NCBI RefSeq assembly: GCF_000150275.1
Contig: NW_002060944.1
Span: 4,344,123 to 4,408,122, forward strand
Source: Trichoplax adhaerens
Lineage: Eukaryota > Animalia > Placozoa
Length of the DNA stretch: 64,000 nt
Direction of reading: 5' to 3'
The position numbers and the translations under genes are program-made. The notes beneath the pieces were generated by a model. It saw nothing but the letters and a program-made list of their open reading frames with translations, made no database searches and was not told the DNA's origin. This document shows positions 1 through 14,059 of the stretch, piece after piece. Each line of letters begins with the position of its first letter. Within the stretch, counting starts at the first letter, position 1.

Positions 1-342
1 ACATTTCAGGGAGACCTTTAAACATTATCATTTATGGGGATTCCAACTACGCTTTAAGGTACAACAATTTAATAAAACAGAGAGATCTTAACAATAATTA
101 TCATTCCTGAGGATTACGACTACGTCTTAAAGCATATCAATCCGACAACATATACTGCAAGGTTTACACCAGGAAAGTTCAGTAAAATCCATATATACTA
201 TACACCATACAACAACTCATACAAATTACGATTCGTGAGTGAATTTAACGACCTGGGTACGGTTGTAATAATAAAAGTTTCATTTTAGCTATAATGTCAT
301 GTGCTGCAGTATAGATTAATTTACTAAAAGCTAGAAACTTAC

Positions 343-3223
343 TCTAGCGATTGTTTAACGTCTAGGTTCAAATTCTGATGTGAAGCTTCCCCATTTTCAT
401 CTTCATCGAGTTGTTTGTCATCATTATGAATGATTTGCTCATCGGACTGGCTATGACCGGAATTATCGTCTGAGGCTCCAATTGATGAAGTCGTTCCGTC
501 ATCATAAGATACATCGTTCTGTCCGCAAATTGAATAAAAAATTGAAATTGTTAAACTTTGATCCAAGTTGCAAAGCCTCTTCTCCGTATTCAGTGATATA
601 CGTAGATGTTGAATAGTAATAATAGTGGTTTACTGTAAGCTAATTACTTGAAATAAATTAAATATCTCCTCTATAATAAGTATTATTATCAAGTTGACAG
701 TAAACACATTTTACAAATAGGACAAGAACATTAGTCAGTAACGGTGTCAGTATTTCGTAGGACTAGTTAAAAAGCTTTAAAAGGGAAGAAATTGAGAAAT
801 TACACGCAAGGGTAAGATCACAGTACAGAAATATCCTGTCCCATACCTCTATTTAATAATAATATTATTTATAAGCGCATCTTTTACACAATAAAATAAT
901 CTTGCAACATTACAGTATTCAAAAATGTTGTAAAATCACTAGTGTTACAAAAATTGTACGTGACGTGATTTATTCAACGGTGTTAAAAAATTGTGAATGA
1001 AATGCATAAAAGACTGAGTATTGCTAAATCATAATTGCAGATTCAAATGTAAATTAATCTACAAATAAAGAAAAAGATAATTAACTGTTGAACATCAAAA
1101 GGATAGGGTAGTTATAAATTTATTCGTATTCGTCTGTTATTCTTTCATAAATAGTGCTCAAAAGGCAAGCATGCATAGGGCTCCATTAATCTTGCTGATA
1201 CAATTCTGTGAATAATCTAACACAATTACTGTACAAAGGTGTGCACACAGCTACCCTTTCAAAATTGAACTTTTGGGCTTACCCATTCGATTCCAAGTGA
1301 TTCTAACTAGTTTTATTTTCACCTCTATTCATGTAATTCAATTTTGTGTAGTTTCCATCTTTGTAAATCACTTCTTTTTAATCCAGAGTCACTTCAATTT
1401 ACAGTTAATCAATTCAAATTCTGTCAATCCCCCCCCCCTCCCTCCATTAAGTACAGTAGTCGCTGCTATAGCCTGTCACTGTGCATTATAAATATACTGA
1501 ACGTCGTACTGTATACATCAACATAGACCGTGGCATACACATTCGTATATATTTGAACATAACTCAGCTTTAAATCAGTCATTGAATTCAATGATATTCA
1601 AGGCACTGAAAAATTTGCACATTTAGATTCAATTCAAATCAACTTCTTTCATTTTAACATAACTTAATTCAATTTCAATGCTGATTTGAATTAGTCATTG
1701 AATTGATGAATTCAGTGATTCAATTCAATGTCTTAATTCAAGGTACCGCAAATTTTGAACGGGTAGGCACACTGGAAAGTCTGAATGCCTACAACAGCAA
1801 TATGCTAGTAATTCAAGTAAAATCACTATCTCGAAATACGGCTAAAATTTTCCTTGCATCTCTTTCTCTACTGTACAGTACAGTACGTATCTACTGGCGA
1901 TATTTAATTCATTAGACATTTCAATCTTCACTATCGCTAAAACGAAATTGATAGGAATAATACTACATGTGTTGCTATTAGAACCTATGGAATTGTACAT
2001 TTGTAAGTGGTTAGGATTACAGTAGAGGTATCCTCAAACAAATCCTACATACAGTACTGCCTGCAGTAGCATTTATGCTGACTTGAAAGAATACCGTATA
2101 CTCTACGTAGTAAACTCTTTTGCATGCGCTGCACATTTTCGGCGACGATTCTACGATATGACAACGTAGACATCTAACGGTACACATATCTGTTAATCAT
2201 AATTATCAGCTTTTCGTTTCAGCAAGTGTCGATATCGATTTTGAATGGGTATTTCCAACTGAAGACTCCTAACCATCAACTTCAATTTATAACAGTAGCC
2301 ATAGTACAGCACTAGTAGGCGTAAACTTGTAACTATTTTAAATGTTACGGTTATGAAAAGAAAATTCTCCATCAAACATCTCACAAACGATGCTGAATAG
2401 CACTGTGATGAACAAATAATATATGTACAATTTACTACTGGCTGACAAGAAAGAAAAATGCGGTGAAGAATACTTCCTAACATGCAAATAATTAATTAAC
2501 TACTAACAGACAAAAGTTGAGCTATTGTCCGCAACGGAAATTTCCAAAGTATTCTGAGCCAACAATGCAATCGATACGAAATGATGAATTTAGAGCATAG
2601 AGTTGAAAGATTGGGTCTTATTGCAGACAAGTGAGGTATTACAGCATCATATTATTATTTCCTGTATAGTGATGGAAGAAAGTTCCAGCACTACCGCAGA
2701 CATGGAAGTACAGTATTCCAATAGAGTGTGGATTCCATACTGATGTATAGTAGTGGTACCAGTGGTTGTAGACTCGTAGCATGTTTTTTAATTTACCGAA
2801 TTGGAATTGTAGCCTTGCAGATTATTTTGTATCCTAGAAGCTCCAATTTGCTCAGCGTTAGCATTCATATCATTATCATTATCGCACCTAGTCAAAAAAG
2901 ATGCGATCCATCAGGTTAAAATCATTGATTGAAAGATACTATAAGTTGAGAAAATGAATCGCATAGAAGATAAATGTAACATTGCAATACAACCACTCTA
3001 CGCTATCATTTCACCGAGACAAAAAGAAAATAACACAACGTAAAATGTAGCTATCAGCCTATCACTGCCAGCGCAATTGCCTACTAATAGTCCAGAATTA
3101 ACATAAAGGCGAATCTAGTCTTAGTAAAAACAGATACAAAAAATACCGCCGCTATTACCTTCCTGCATGTAGACGGAGGACGAGGATAAGTAGGTAAAAG
3201 AAAAAGAATTTCATATTGTCCAT
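343..3223 (-). CDS. Partial multi-exon gene for a predicted secreted, acidic low-complexity protein; 3' end lies beyond the left edge
   Basis: Three phase-compatible exons with GT-AG borders: 3223-3159 (MDNMKFFFFYLLILVLRLHAG, signal-peptide-like), 2887-2797 (RCDNDNDMNANAEQIGASRIQNNLQGYNSNS) and 518-343 (NDVSYDDGTTSSIGASDDNS...LDEDENGEAS...), which ends at donor GTAAGT. No recognised domain. Confidence 0.6.
1251..1766. mobile_element. Possible MITE-like element in the intron of the left-edge gene
   Basis: Inverted repeat CTACCCTTTCAAAATT (1251-1266) / AATTTTGAACGGGTAG (1751-1766), 15/16 match; interior rich in AATTCAA/TTGAATT words; no credible coding sequence. No clear target-site duplication. 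Confidence 0.3.
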
Positions 3224-3534
3224 GCCAGTTGATTGATCCCAAGTTGGCACCAAGTTGGTAATATGCAATTCCTTCAACCTCCTTTAAACTATAACCAATT
3301 CAGTTACTACATAGTACAAAATGAGGATAAAATTATTGACAATGTCTTGCCCAATAGTAGAATACTCCAACTGTAGTGATTAGTCAGCATTGATATTGAA
3401 AAAAATGGACTAATAACTTGACATTGACTGCAGTGAAATTGGCAATGAAAAAATGTCGAAGAAAAAAATTATTTTCTACGTCACACAATCGCTACAGATT
3501 CTAAGTAGTAGTCTGTCTATTATTCTTTGTCCTA

Positions 3535-4480
3535 CAGTGCAGTACTCTACCTACAGTACTCACTGAGTACTCAGTACTGTCGGTAGTTTACACTGTACTG
3601 TACTGTAGGCGTCCAGTCCATACTAGAAAATGCATCGGTGTACAGTACACTGTACTGTAGGAGAGACGTCCATTTAGGGCTAACTGGAGTGTATTGTACT
3701 GAGAGCGATGGTCAATTTCAGTCATACTGTACTGTAGTTGTGTCAAATGACTTGACGTCAGTACAGTACTGTACTGTACTTATTATTGATTGATTGATTT
3801 TTTTTTTTTTCTTTGCCTATGGTGCTGCACATTGTGAATAGGTAATTTTACTTGACAAAAGGTAGTCATAAATTTAGAAATTCCATCTAACAATGACTAA
3901 TGAATCCTGGTAATAAGTTATGTACTAATATTTCCATTGACGAAATCGGTCATAGGTCAGTCAATATTCCCTGTTTATTTTACTGTCAGTTCGCTACGTG
4001 TCCATTTGTGATTGAGCCAGACTGTGCGTATGAATGAATTCAAAGTCACTCCCATTGAGTGTACAGTGTACAGTGTACAGTACAGAGACCATACGAGTAT
4101 ACTGTACGACGTCACAGTACAGTACAGTACTGGACGTGGCGCATATTCCAGTCCGTCAAAAACAAATGGCCGAATTTATTAGAATATCTATTGGACGTTG
4201 CGTAAATTCGTCTTGCACGAGTACTAAAAGTTCCTTCATTGACAAAATTGTTCAATAGTATCGGTGTGTAATAGTGGACATCTCAGTTGAGAGGGGGTAA
4301 CCAATGATTCAAACAACCTTTGCTATACTCATATGGTCTAGTATACAATACTGTACAGTACGTGATTCAGTCAGAAACTTAGCAGACAAATACTCTATCT
4401 ATTCTTCTCCAAAGTCTCAGTCATATACTCACCTACACTCAGTAGACTGACGTACGTACAGACGGTACAGTACAGTAGTC
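3535..4480. repeat. CAGTA/TACTG palindromic micro-repeat cluster just upstream of the left-edge gene
   Basis: Dense runs such as CAGTACAGTACTGTACTGTAC near 3760 and 4115; perfect CRE-like TGACGTCA at 3753-3760. Confidence 0.75.
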
Positions 4481-6158
4481 ATACGGGTCCAAAAAAATGG
4501 CATGATACGGTATGGTATGCTACCGCCTCCTTTTGTACGAACAGTAAATGAAAGCAAGGACTTTTTCTGTCATTATGCGTAACCAACTTGCTAGCTTTGA
4601 AGCGAATCTGAGAACAGTACAGTGCATAATTTTAAGATGTTACATTGACTAGCAAATGATCTGATTCTCAATTTTGGCCAATAAATAGTAATTGGCAATC
4701 TCTATCATTTCGTGTTTTAGTTGCGTGTTCAAAGTGAACTGTCATCATTTGAGATTTCAGCGAGCTCAAATTTCGTTTCGCCTCCTGAACTAAACAATGC
4801 TAAGAGGAAATGTCTCGAACAAGTCTTTGCCAATGTTTAACACAATTAGCAGACTTTGATTGTATAACATACGGTACTATAAAATTGTGTAGGAAAAGCA
4901 TGTAATAGTGGCGATAATTCAGTTAAAACCAATTCCCAAACAAGTAAAACTGAACGTGTTACACGCGATACTGACAAAACCACCTCAGGATTTCTCTTTA
5001 GTTGGTCTAGTAGTACAGTATGCCAAAGGTAGAAATGGCTCCAGTATTTTTTTTAAGAATAGTTCGGCCACCTAGAAAATACTAATACTAGAGTCCAATC
5101 ATAAAGTCATAGACTATTAGAATCCATTAGTCTAATGTCCCTATGGACTACTATAATACTATACCATACAATCGATTAGTTTTAATGCCTGCTTATATCT
5201 CAGTGATCGCATACGCCATTGACTTTGTAAACATTATGCTACGGATTATCAGAAGCTACCAATTCAATGTTTCTTAATACCTCAGTTACTGGATGTAGCA
5301 ACGTATATGTTATCATGGTAAAATTGATTACTGCTTGAATCTTTTAACAGCGTACATGAATCTGCATATGATATTCCTACATCTATCATCTTGACTACAA
5401 AGTTTCTACCATTTGCATGCATCTTACTACTTATTCTACACTACGGTATATATCATCTACGCTTCTACTATACTTTATTAATTACCCTATATTAATTTAA
5501 TACGGATATGTACATTACTATTAGACACTGTATCAATGTATCATGGACTACTATACGAGTATATTCCACAGTGTCTATGCATAATAATGATCGATTAGAA
5601 CGCAAGTCATGTCAGCTTGAATGAACAATCAAGAATTGACTTGAATTTTTTATTGGATATTTTCATGATAATTGTAGAAACTGCCAGATGCAAATTAATT
5701 ATCGCTGAATCTTTACGTATCGCATCTAATAATTTCAATTTGAATTAATAAACTTGTACTAGGAAAATTTAAATACTAAAACTCTACATGAATATTGAAA
5801 TTGTAACAATTACTACTAGTACTCAATCGTGCTGGTACTCTTGCTAATAAAGGTTCTATATAAAATGTCTAAATCTTACTGTATAAAAAATAGAATAAAA
5901 GGTACTTTCGTATTTCACTATTGTTTCTTTCACATAAAAAGTGGTGATAATCGATAGTAAAATTGAGATATTTTGTACGTAGAAACAAAACACTTGTAAC
6001 AGAGTAATAACGTAAGGCAAACTACATGTATTATAGCAACTACTGTACGCGTATTATAGATCATCAGGTTAAGGAATATCCTACCTGCATAATATTCAAA
6101 TACTTATGGAAGAAAAGATCACATTACAATATATCATATTACAAATAAATTTTGCTTT

Positions 6159-9100
6159 TTAACTCATCCAGTCCAAGTCTTGGTCCTCATCATCAAATAA
6201 TGATGCTTCCTTAACTTCTTTTTCAGGCATTGGAGGTGGGGACTGAGTAACGGTTAAATTAATTAACGTAGATAATCAGCCAAAATTACAAAACTATAAA
6301 AGCTAAATGCCAAAATGTATCAACTTTCATACAACAAACACTAGCTAACCTCGCCTTTCGTAGAATTATCGCCAGATTCTGGAGAGCGAGAGGAAGCAGC
6401 ATCTTCCGCGTTATCCTGTTTCTCGTCAACGAATTTTTGTGAGGCAACTACATCGGAGCTAATCGCGTCAGTAATAGAAGCTTCCGTATTACTGTTGTCA
6501 TCAGAAGGTTTCTCATTTTCCTGAGTCTCCTGTTGATTTTGACTTTCAGAAACTTCCTTATGACGATCCCCTTCACTATCTTCTGGTTCATTACTACTAT
6601 CTCCATGACGGCCTTCAACTAGATTTTCTTCGGTAACCTTACCGGAAATATCACTCCCTTCAGCTACTCCTTTCTTTTCGTCTTCATTTTCTTCTTTATC
6701 ACCTTCACCATCAACTTCATTACTATCGTCCTTTTCATTANNNNNNNNNNNNNNNNNNNNNNNNNNNNNNNNNNNNNNNNNNNNNNNNNNTCCCTCATCT
6801 GAATTATTACTATTAATACCATCCTTATTCTCATCGTCTTCATCATCCTCATCATCTTCATCATCATCATCATTATCTTCATCATCGTCTTCGTCATCTT
6901 CATCTTCACTACCATTATCTAGATTTCCTGCCAGTAGTTGGACAGTTGTTTGCTGATAGAATAGAATATTCACAATAACTGTTTAACAGGAATGTTTTAA
7001 AATTTTAAAATATTTAATCATGTTATACTATTTCCTTTTAGTAGTTGATACAGTAGTACATAAATTACAGGATAGGTATCTTTCATTTGTGTTACCTTTA
7101 TAGTACGTAGAATAATTTCTATAATTGCATTCCTGGAATAAGACTGGTCTTCGCTAAAGTGTTGACTTAATGAATGAAATACCTTGTTCATGATGGCCTT
7201 AATCTATTTATCAATACCAATTACAATCTTCATAAGTGACATAAAATTTCAATATATACTTAAAACATGTTTACTACGCTCCAACTCTCCGATATCTATG
7301 CCTTTTAATTAAACTATCTTACTGATTAACAACACAACAGGCGAATAAAATACGCTTACAATTAATATTACCAAACCAGTAAATAGTACTAACAAAAATT
7401 ATCTCCATATAAATTAATTCTACCTTATTGTTTGTGTCAGTACTGCCGGATTTACTTTCAGCTACAACTTCATTCGATCTTTCATCGTCACTAGCCATCT
7501 TTCCAGCCTTGAAGCCCTCTTCATAACTTTCATTTTTAATAACTTCTTGCTCCTATAATATAAAGTTGTAAAAAACTAATTAGTATGTATCATAATACAG
7601 TTGATTCTAAAATAACTACACACTGAAGTTTCACCTCTGCTATTCTAGAGAGTTTCGCCTTTACTTCTTCCCGGAAGTCATAATGCTTATTGCACACTTC
7701 ATCGTACTATTTTAGACCGAAATTGATGATTACTTAATAATGTCAATGGTATAATACTTTAATTAATTGACCTTAATGCTTGAACCGTTACTTACTTTGT
7801 CTTGTAAATTTGTTAACTTAGAAGCCTTCTCACGTAAAGATATTAATTCGTTGTCACATTCAGCTTTTTCTACTTTTAGTTTATCATAATTCTCACTAAT
7901 AATGGTTAATTCTGCAATTCGCTCTAGCGTTTGTTTTTGTTCTGCAGTTCCAGCGTTTGTAGAGTCTTCCATTTTAGATAACGCTAATGAATTAGCATTA
8001 AGTTTACGTTCCAAATCGGTTTTCTCTTCCATTAATTTGTTATATTTATCTTTCCAACTTGCAACCATATCCGAAGATTTTTTATTCCACCTGGCTTCTA
8101 AATCTTCTTCCACCCTTGCAATCTCTTGCGTAAGGTTTGTGCTAGATTTTTGTTTTAGATATTTCTGATGAAGCTCATTTAATTCTTCATCGTGAGTAGA
8201 TCTCATCTCGTCAAGTTCTGCCTGTAATCTTTTTTTGTCAGCTGCATTTTTCTTCTTTCTATCCTCCAGTGCCTTCTCAAGTGTTTCCTTCTCCTGTTGC
8301 AAATCTGAAAGGTCATCTCGAACAGATGATAATTTTGACTCTAGGTTCTTATTCTTATTCTTGGCATCTTTTGTATCCCTTATAGCTTGCTCAAGGTTTT
8401 CCTTCAAATCAGTATTTTGTTTATCGTAATCATCCCATCGATCTTTATAAGTCTTAGCATTCGCTTCCGCTTTAGCAACCAATGATTGAAGATCAGATTC
8501 TCTTTGTTTATAGCCAATAACCTCTTTCTGAATAGATCCCAGACTATCAGTTGCTTTAGCTAACGAATTCGTTAATTCTAGTCTTTCTTGTTCTAAAGCG
8601 ATTACCCTAGACTGAGATTGAGCTGCAGTATTCTTCAAAGAGTCGTTTCTTTGTTCTAATATAACATGACTTTGTTCTACGTATCTATATGGTAATAATA
8701 AGGTAATGGAAGTATAAATCTTTACAACATATATATTAATAGTTTCTTTAAATAGTTATTGTTCGTTGCCAAGAAAGTTCTCTATTCGTCTTACTTTTGA
8801 TTTTGTTGTAGTAGTTCTGAAATTTTGTCATTTAGCGATTCAATCTTGCTATTCTTTTCCAACAATTCTTTTTTCATCTTCTCATTATCCTTTATAATAA
8901 TTAAAGGGTATTTTTGTTATATTTTAGATTAAAGAAACAGTCTAACAGTTTACTATACAGGCTCGACATAAATCAACTCTTACCTGAAAATGTTTCTGAA
9001 GACTTCTAAATAACACATCAGCTTCCATCACACCTTGGCCACCACTTTGAACAATTGCCAAATTATTCGATTGATAATTGTCAAGCTAATTACAATAAAA

Positions 9101-12100
9101 AACAATTAAAACAAAGATAGACTGACAACTCCAAAATATCAGTACTACATCAAAAATTTTAAACTACGATAACGAACTGTGTTACCTTACTAGATACTCC
9201 ATCAACTTTATCTAAAACTTTTTCAATGGATCTCCTCATTTCAGAATTTTGATGCCTACTTTCGTTAAGTAAAGCAGACATTATGCCACTATCCCCAGTA
9301 TTAACTGTTTGTGGTCCAGGCTGTTGGTAAACACCAGTTGGGTACAAAGTTGTAGACTGAGCTTGACTAGGATAAGTATTTGACTGATTTACTACACCAA
9401 CAGATGCAGGTACATTCTGAGGTGTTGATAACGTCCCTACCATCTGTGACGATTGATACAAAGCTACGTGCTGTTGTTTCTGTTGCTCTAGTTGTCTTTG
9501 CTGCTCCAAAAGTTTTTGTTTTTCTTGAATAATTTGTTTCTGCTTTAGAAGTTCCAGTTCTTGTTGTTCTTGTTCTATCTGTTGTTGGGCTAATTTCCTT
9601 TGCTGCTGTTCTAATTCACTCTGCATTTCTACTAAGCTATCGGATGAATTTATAGATTGCTCTTCAGCGGATCTTCTACTGCTTGAACGAGCTCGTTCCT
9701 CAACTCCTTCCTAAAGTTCCGAAAGGGAATACAAAGTTATCTTATATTCGTCCAATATACAGCGTATGTTAAGTTTCATTAAAATCACTTCATATAAAGG
9801 AAAAATGCCAATCCTTACAAGATTGCTTTCGGTCGATGCGGGAGAAGGAATAACAAACGGTAATGCATTAACACCCATTTTCGACATGCGAGAAATAAGT
9901 TTTGATCTTTTCTGGTCAGCCTCTGTCATCTAAAAGTTGTATTATAAATTAAGGAATATTAACAATATTTATTACAGTTCCAGTAATAATGCTGCCATAA
10001 ACACATGCCTTGTTATCACTATAACATTATATAACTGATTCTTGGACATACTGTATACACAATGGTTGTATAAAGGCAATTTGCATCATCACTTTACTTA
10101 CTGTACTATATTGCTCCGTTAATGACGCAGTTCTAGCTTTAATTCCAGCATCGTTCACACTTTAGGAAGCAAATAAAAATATAACATTTATTTGATTGCA
10201 TTAATTATCCAAGCTTTCTTTCTCAGTAGCTATTATATTGTATTATAAATATAGCAAACTAGCAATAGTTTTATGCCACAGTGCCTCAATTGTGATGCTT
10301 GGTCCGTATCTGGAGATGGCGTATTTACAGGTTCTGTTGTTAATGTAGGTTTCCGGCTAACAGCTGGCTTTGGAGCTTTATCATTTTTCTCCGAGTTATT
10401 TTTTACCGTATTAACATCTTCCTTATATTTTACCTTTGTAATTATAAATATAAAAACTACCAATTACATAATCTCCGTAAATTCTCAAACGTAAAAACAA
10501 TGAGGCTATCATAATTCTTCTAAAATGTAATAGTGCTATTTTATTAATCTTTATAGAGTAAATTATTTTTGTAAGCAAACAATATACATACTTTTTTTAG
10601 TTCTACTTCAAAAATTAAAGTTGAATTTGGTGGAATACGATCCCCTATACCCTAATGAAGTACGTAATTTAGAGTAGATACACATGTTTAACGTGAGATA
10701 TCCTGGCAGTAAAGATACTACTAAAAGTACTCTATCGTTTAGTTAACCTTAGATCCATAGGCTAACTCTGGAGGTATAACAAGAAATCTCTTTCCACCCT
10801 TTGCCATACCAACGACACCTTCATCCCATCCCTATCGTAAAACTAATATCAATAATAACGTGGAAGTGCTAATAGCCAATTATGATAAACTAACCTTGAT
10901 AGTTTTACCAGCACCAATACGAAAACGGAAGGGTTTATCATTTTTACTGCTACTGTCAAATTCCTAATGTTGGCATTTAAAAATAGAGCCATTTTGTTAA
11001 AAAGAAATATATGATGCAGAATTACTCGCTAAGATACTACTAAACTACCTGTCCAATTGATCCATTCTTCAGTAACCAACCGGTATACTGCATTTCGACC
11101 ATATCATCCGTTTTAACACTCTTTACAATCGAGAAATCAATCAAAATTTTATTTTATAATTAAGCTAAAATTACTAAAATAATCAAAAATTTTATCATCA
11201 AACCTGCCCTTCTCCCATAATTAGATCTTGCATTATTAGTTCAGAATGTCCACTTGAATTTGATTTAGCCAATGCAATCTAAACATAACATGGGCATCTT
11301 ATTAAAAGTTTTTTTGTATACTAATTTCTTAAATAAGTTGTTATGCATTGCACAAAAGCATAGCCAACAATAAAAAAACTTACCTGTTGACTAAATTCAA
11401 GAACAATCTTTTCAGAATCAAAACATACAGACCACATTAATCGGTTATCATCATAAAAACATGCGTAATTGTTCGGTTGCAACTATTACAAATAGAGTAA
11501 AATAATAAAATAAGTTATTACAATAATGTCATGTCAACCAATTAGTGATTAAATAGTAACTTATGATTTTAATCATACCGTAAAGGTAAAGGATGATGTT
11601 ATTTTGGCCATGGATACTGGTTTTTGCTTACCGGCATATAACAATAGCTGATACTATCGAAAAAGTTGATAGAACTATGATTTAACAGTACAATAAAATG
11701 AGATACACAGTAGTTATCGTTATTGCTACAAGCATACTGTATAGCAGATCTCGGATATATGTACGCACTGCACTAACTTGTAGTATAAAGCTGTCCATTA
11801 CTGTATTATCTACTATAGTAACTATAGTACATGCAACTAATTCCAACAATACAATATCCCTCTATCTTTAATAATCAACTTTTTTAATTCATTTTTAACT
11901 GATCCAAGTGCCTAAAGTTCTTATGTAATTTTGATCGATAATGCTAATAATTATAAGAAATTGATAGTCAGAAAACACAGTACAACGCGACGTAATGTGC
12001 AGCATCACAACAGCTACAACTATAGCTCTTAAAAGAGAAAAAATCATTCATGTTCTACATACGAGTAAAATATAGTTTTGATAACAATTTCAGTTTATTA

Positions 12101-13857
12101 TACGTAAAGTCACTATGCTTAGAGTAGGTAATAAATACATAGCTGATGCGATGCGGTACTGTAAATAATCTGTAAGCTGCAATCGATCTTTCAATACGGT
12201 ATTACATAAGATTAAAACCTGAATAGTAACTTTTTGTGTGAGTACTAATGTGACTTTTATAAATAAGAGAAAATTATTAGCAGCTAAACGCAGTATACGA
12301 GTCAAATGTTTCATACATTTTCAGCAGAATAATTCCCCAGCAAGGCGATACCCAATTTTCCCACGTTCTGGTATTGTCCATTTACACTAAATGATTTAAA
12401 GAGATAGCATACGAACTACAATATGAGCTTAATTCCATTGATAATAACTATGGTAGTCATAGAGTTTTTCATTTGTAAAAATGAGATAAGTTAGAAAGTA
12501 TTTCCATTATGATCAGATACCGGAAACAGCGTCATCTATCGTATCAAATACTGTTTATACATTCCTACAGCACAAGTGTCCAATGCTGTAAAATCTGAGT
12601 AACATAATCAAATTGAATATACGTATGCAGGCAGGTGGAGGTTAGTTTAATGCAGCGGATACGTGTATGATAGTTTCAAAAAGTTATTTTATCGGTATAC
12701 TTGAAATGGTATGAGATACTTAGTGTATCGTATTTCCCTTCCTGTTTGCAACGCTATACGAGGTATTATGTCATCACTAGAAAAGTTTGTTATGTGTTCT
12801 AATGTGATGGAGGGTTCGATATCTCGGAGGATTGAGATTTAGTTGCCATTTACAAATAGTGCACCAATGGTTGTATAAAAGCAATACGTTATTTTAAGTA
12901 GTAAAGTAAGTACAGTGAGGTAGTTACGGTAGATCAGCGTGCAAGCTGTCGTTAGTAACGTGTGAAGACTAACCAGGAAACTAACGATTTCTGAGGTGGA
13001 AATCGGCGGTATTTATAGTTGTATTAAAGATAGAGCACATGCAGAGAATAGGACTGTAGAATTAGATACAGCATACAGAATACCATAACAAATTATTTTG
13101 TCGATCCATGTCGATTCAGAATTTCGAATAGTATCATTGCCCCTGATAGATATACTGTATCAGGAATTATACAGTACGTAGGATGATTCTAATAAAGCAT
13201 CCAGGGAAGATAATTAATCAATAACCATTGTGATTGATGCCTGTAGCATAGAGTGTACTGTACACCGTAGAGTGGTTTTACTCTTGCTATAGATTAACTT
13301 GCTACAGCATATCAAGGAGTCGAGCCGATTGGATATGAAGAATCTGTAAAATCTAAATTGGATAAAGTGATTGATTGATTGTATAACTTACATGCGGTAA
13401 GCATGAACTGCAGCAGCCTTGAGGTTAGTTAATGGTTGTGACTCTCCATCAGCAGCTAGTAGAAAATTATAAAATTAGTTGATTACTGTATTACGTTTCC
13501 ATTAATGCACTAGTGATGATCTCGACATTGAGGAGAGCAATACATTGATCTATCTTGATCTAGCGTATTACCTTGCTGATTTTTCTTTGGCTGTTTAGGA
13601 GGAGTGTAGGTTAACGATTCATTTCCAAGACGATTAGACGCACGATCAGCATCGAATAGAGATGAAAGTTTGGATGATCCCCTAAATTGAAATGAATCCA
13701 TGGCATAAAAAGGATGTACGCGTACATAAGTCGTCTAATCTATCGCCTAGTTTGAGAAGGTAATAATAGGTATACTAATCAGTTTCTATTCGTACTTTGG
13801 AGTTCCCATGCTGAAATCAAGTTTGTCATCGTCATCAGGCATTGATAAGAACGACAT
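6159..13857 (-). CDS. FKBP15: FKBP15 (WAFL/FKBP133) orthologue: WH1/PH-like N-terminus, FKBP domain, coiled coil, acidic tail
   Basis: Starts [15 protein letters not shown], then SKLSSLF...[15 protein letters not shown], matching the FKBP15 N-terminal signature. FKBP-domain exons at about 10593-11121 (YTGWL...EFDSS...[22 protein letters not shown]...[11 protein letters not shown]...[13 protein letters not shown]). Q-rich and coiled-coil exons at 7790-9710. C-terminus [14 protein letters not shown] with stop at 6159-6161. Confidence 0.92.
6741..6790. other. Assembly gap (50 N) inside the D/E-rich exon of FKBP15
   Basis: Run of n flanked by GAT/GAA-rich sequence on the minus strand. Confidence 0.99.
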
Positions 13858-14059
13858 CTTGCTTGTTGCGTAAGTTATTTTACTATGTAGCTAAAGTTAT
13901 TTTAAATGGTGATATAGATCTACAGTAGGAAGTCTTTGCTTGGAATCATCTGATCTGATGATCTGCAGTTCAGCTGATTTTACTGGAAGTGTCAATACGT
14001 AGAATACAACACGTTAATGACTGAGTGCAGCATCCTTTTTGCGACAGTCATCAGTGTGC

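Noticed and set aside
7902-8429. Plus-strand ORFs over the FKBP15 coiled-coil exon, plus 6664-6915 and 10273-10494
   Set aside because: Antisense or alternate-frame shadows of real FKBP15 exons.
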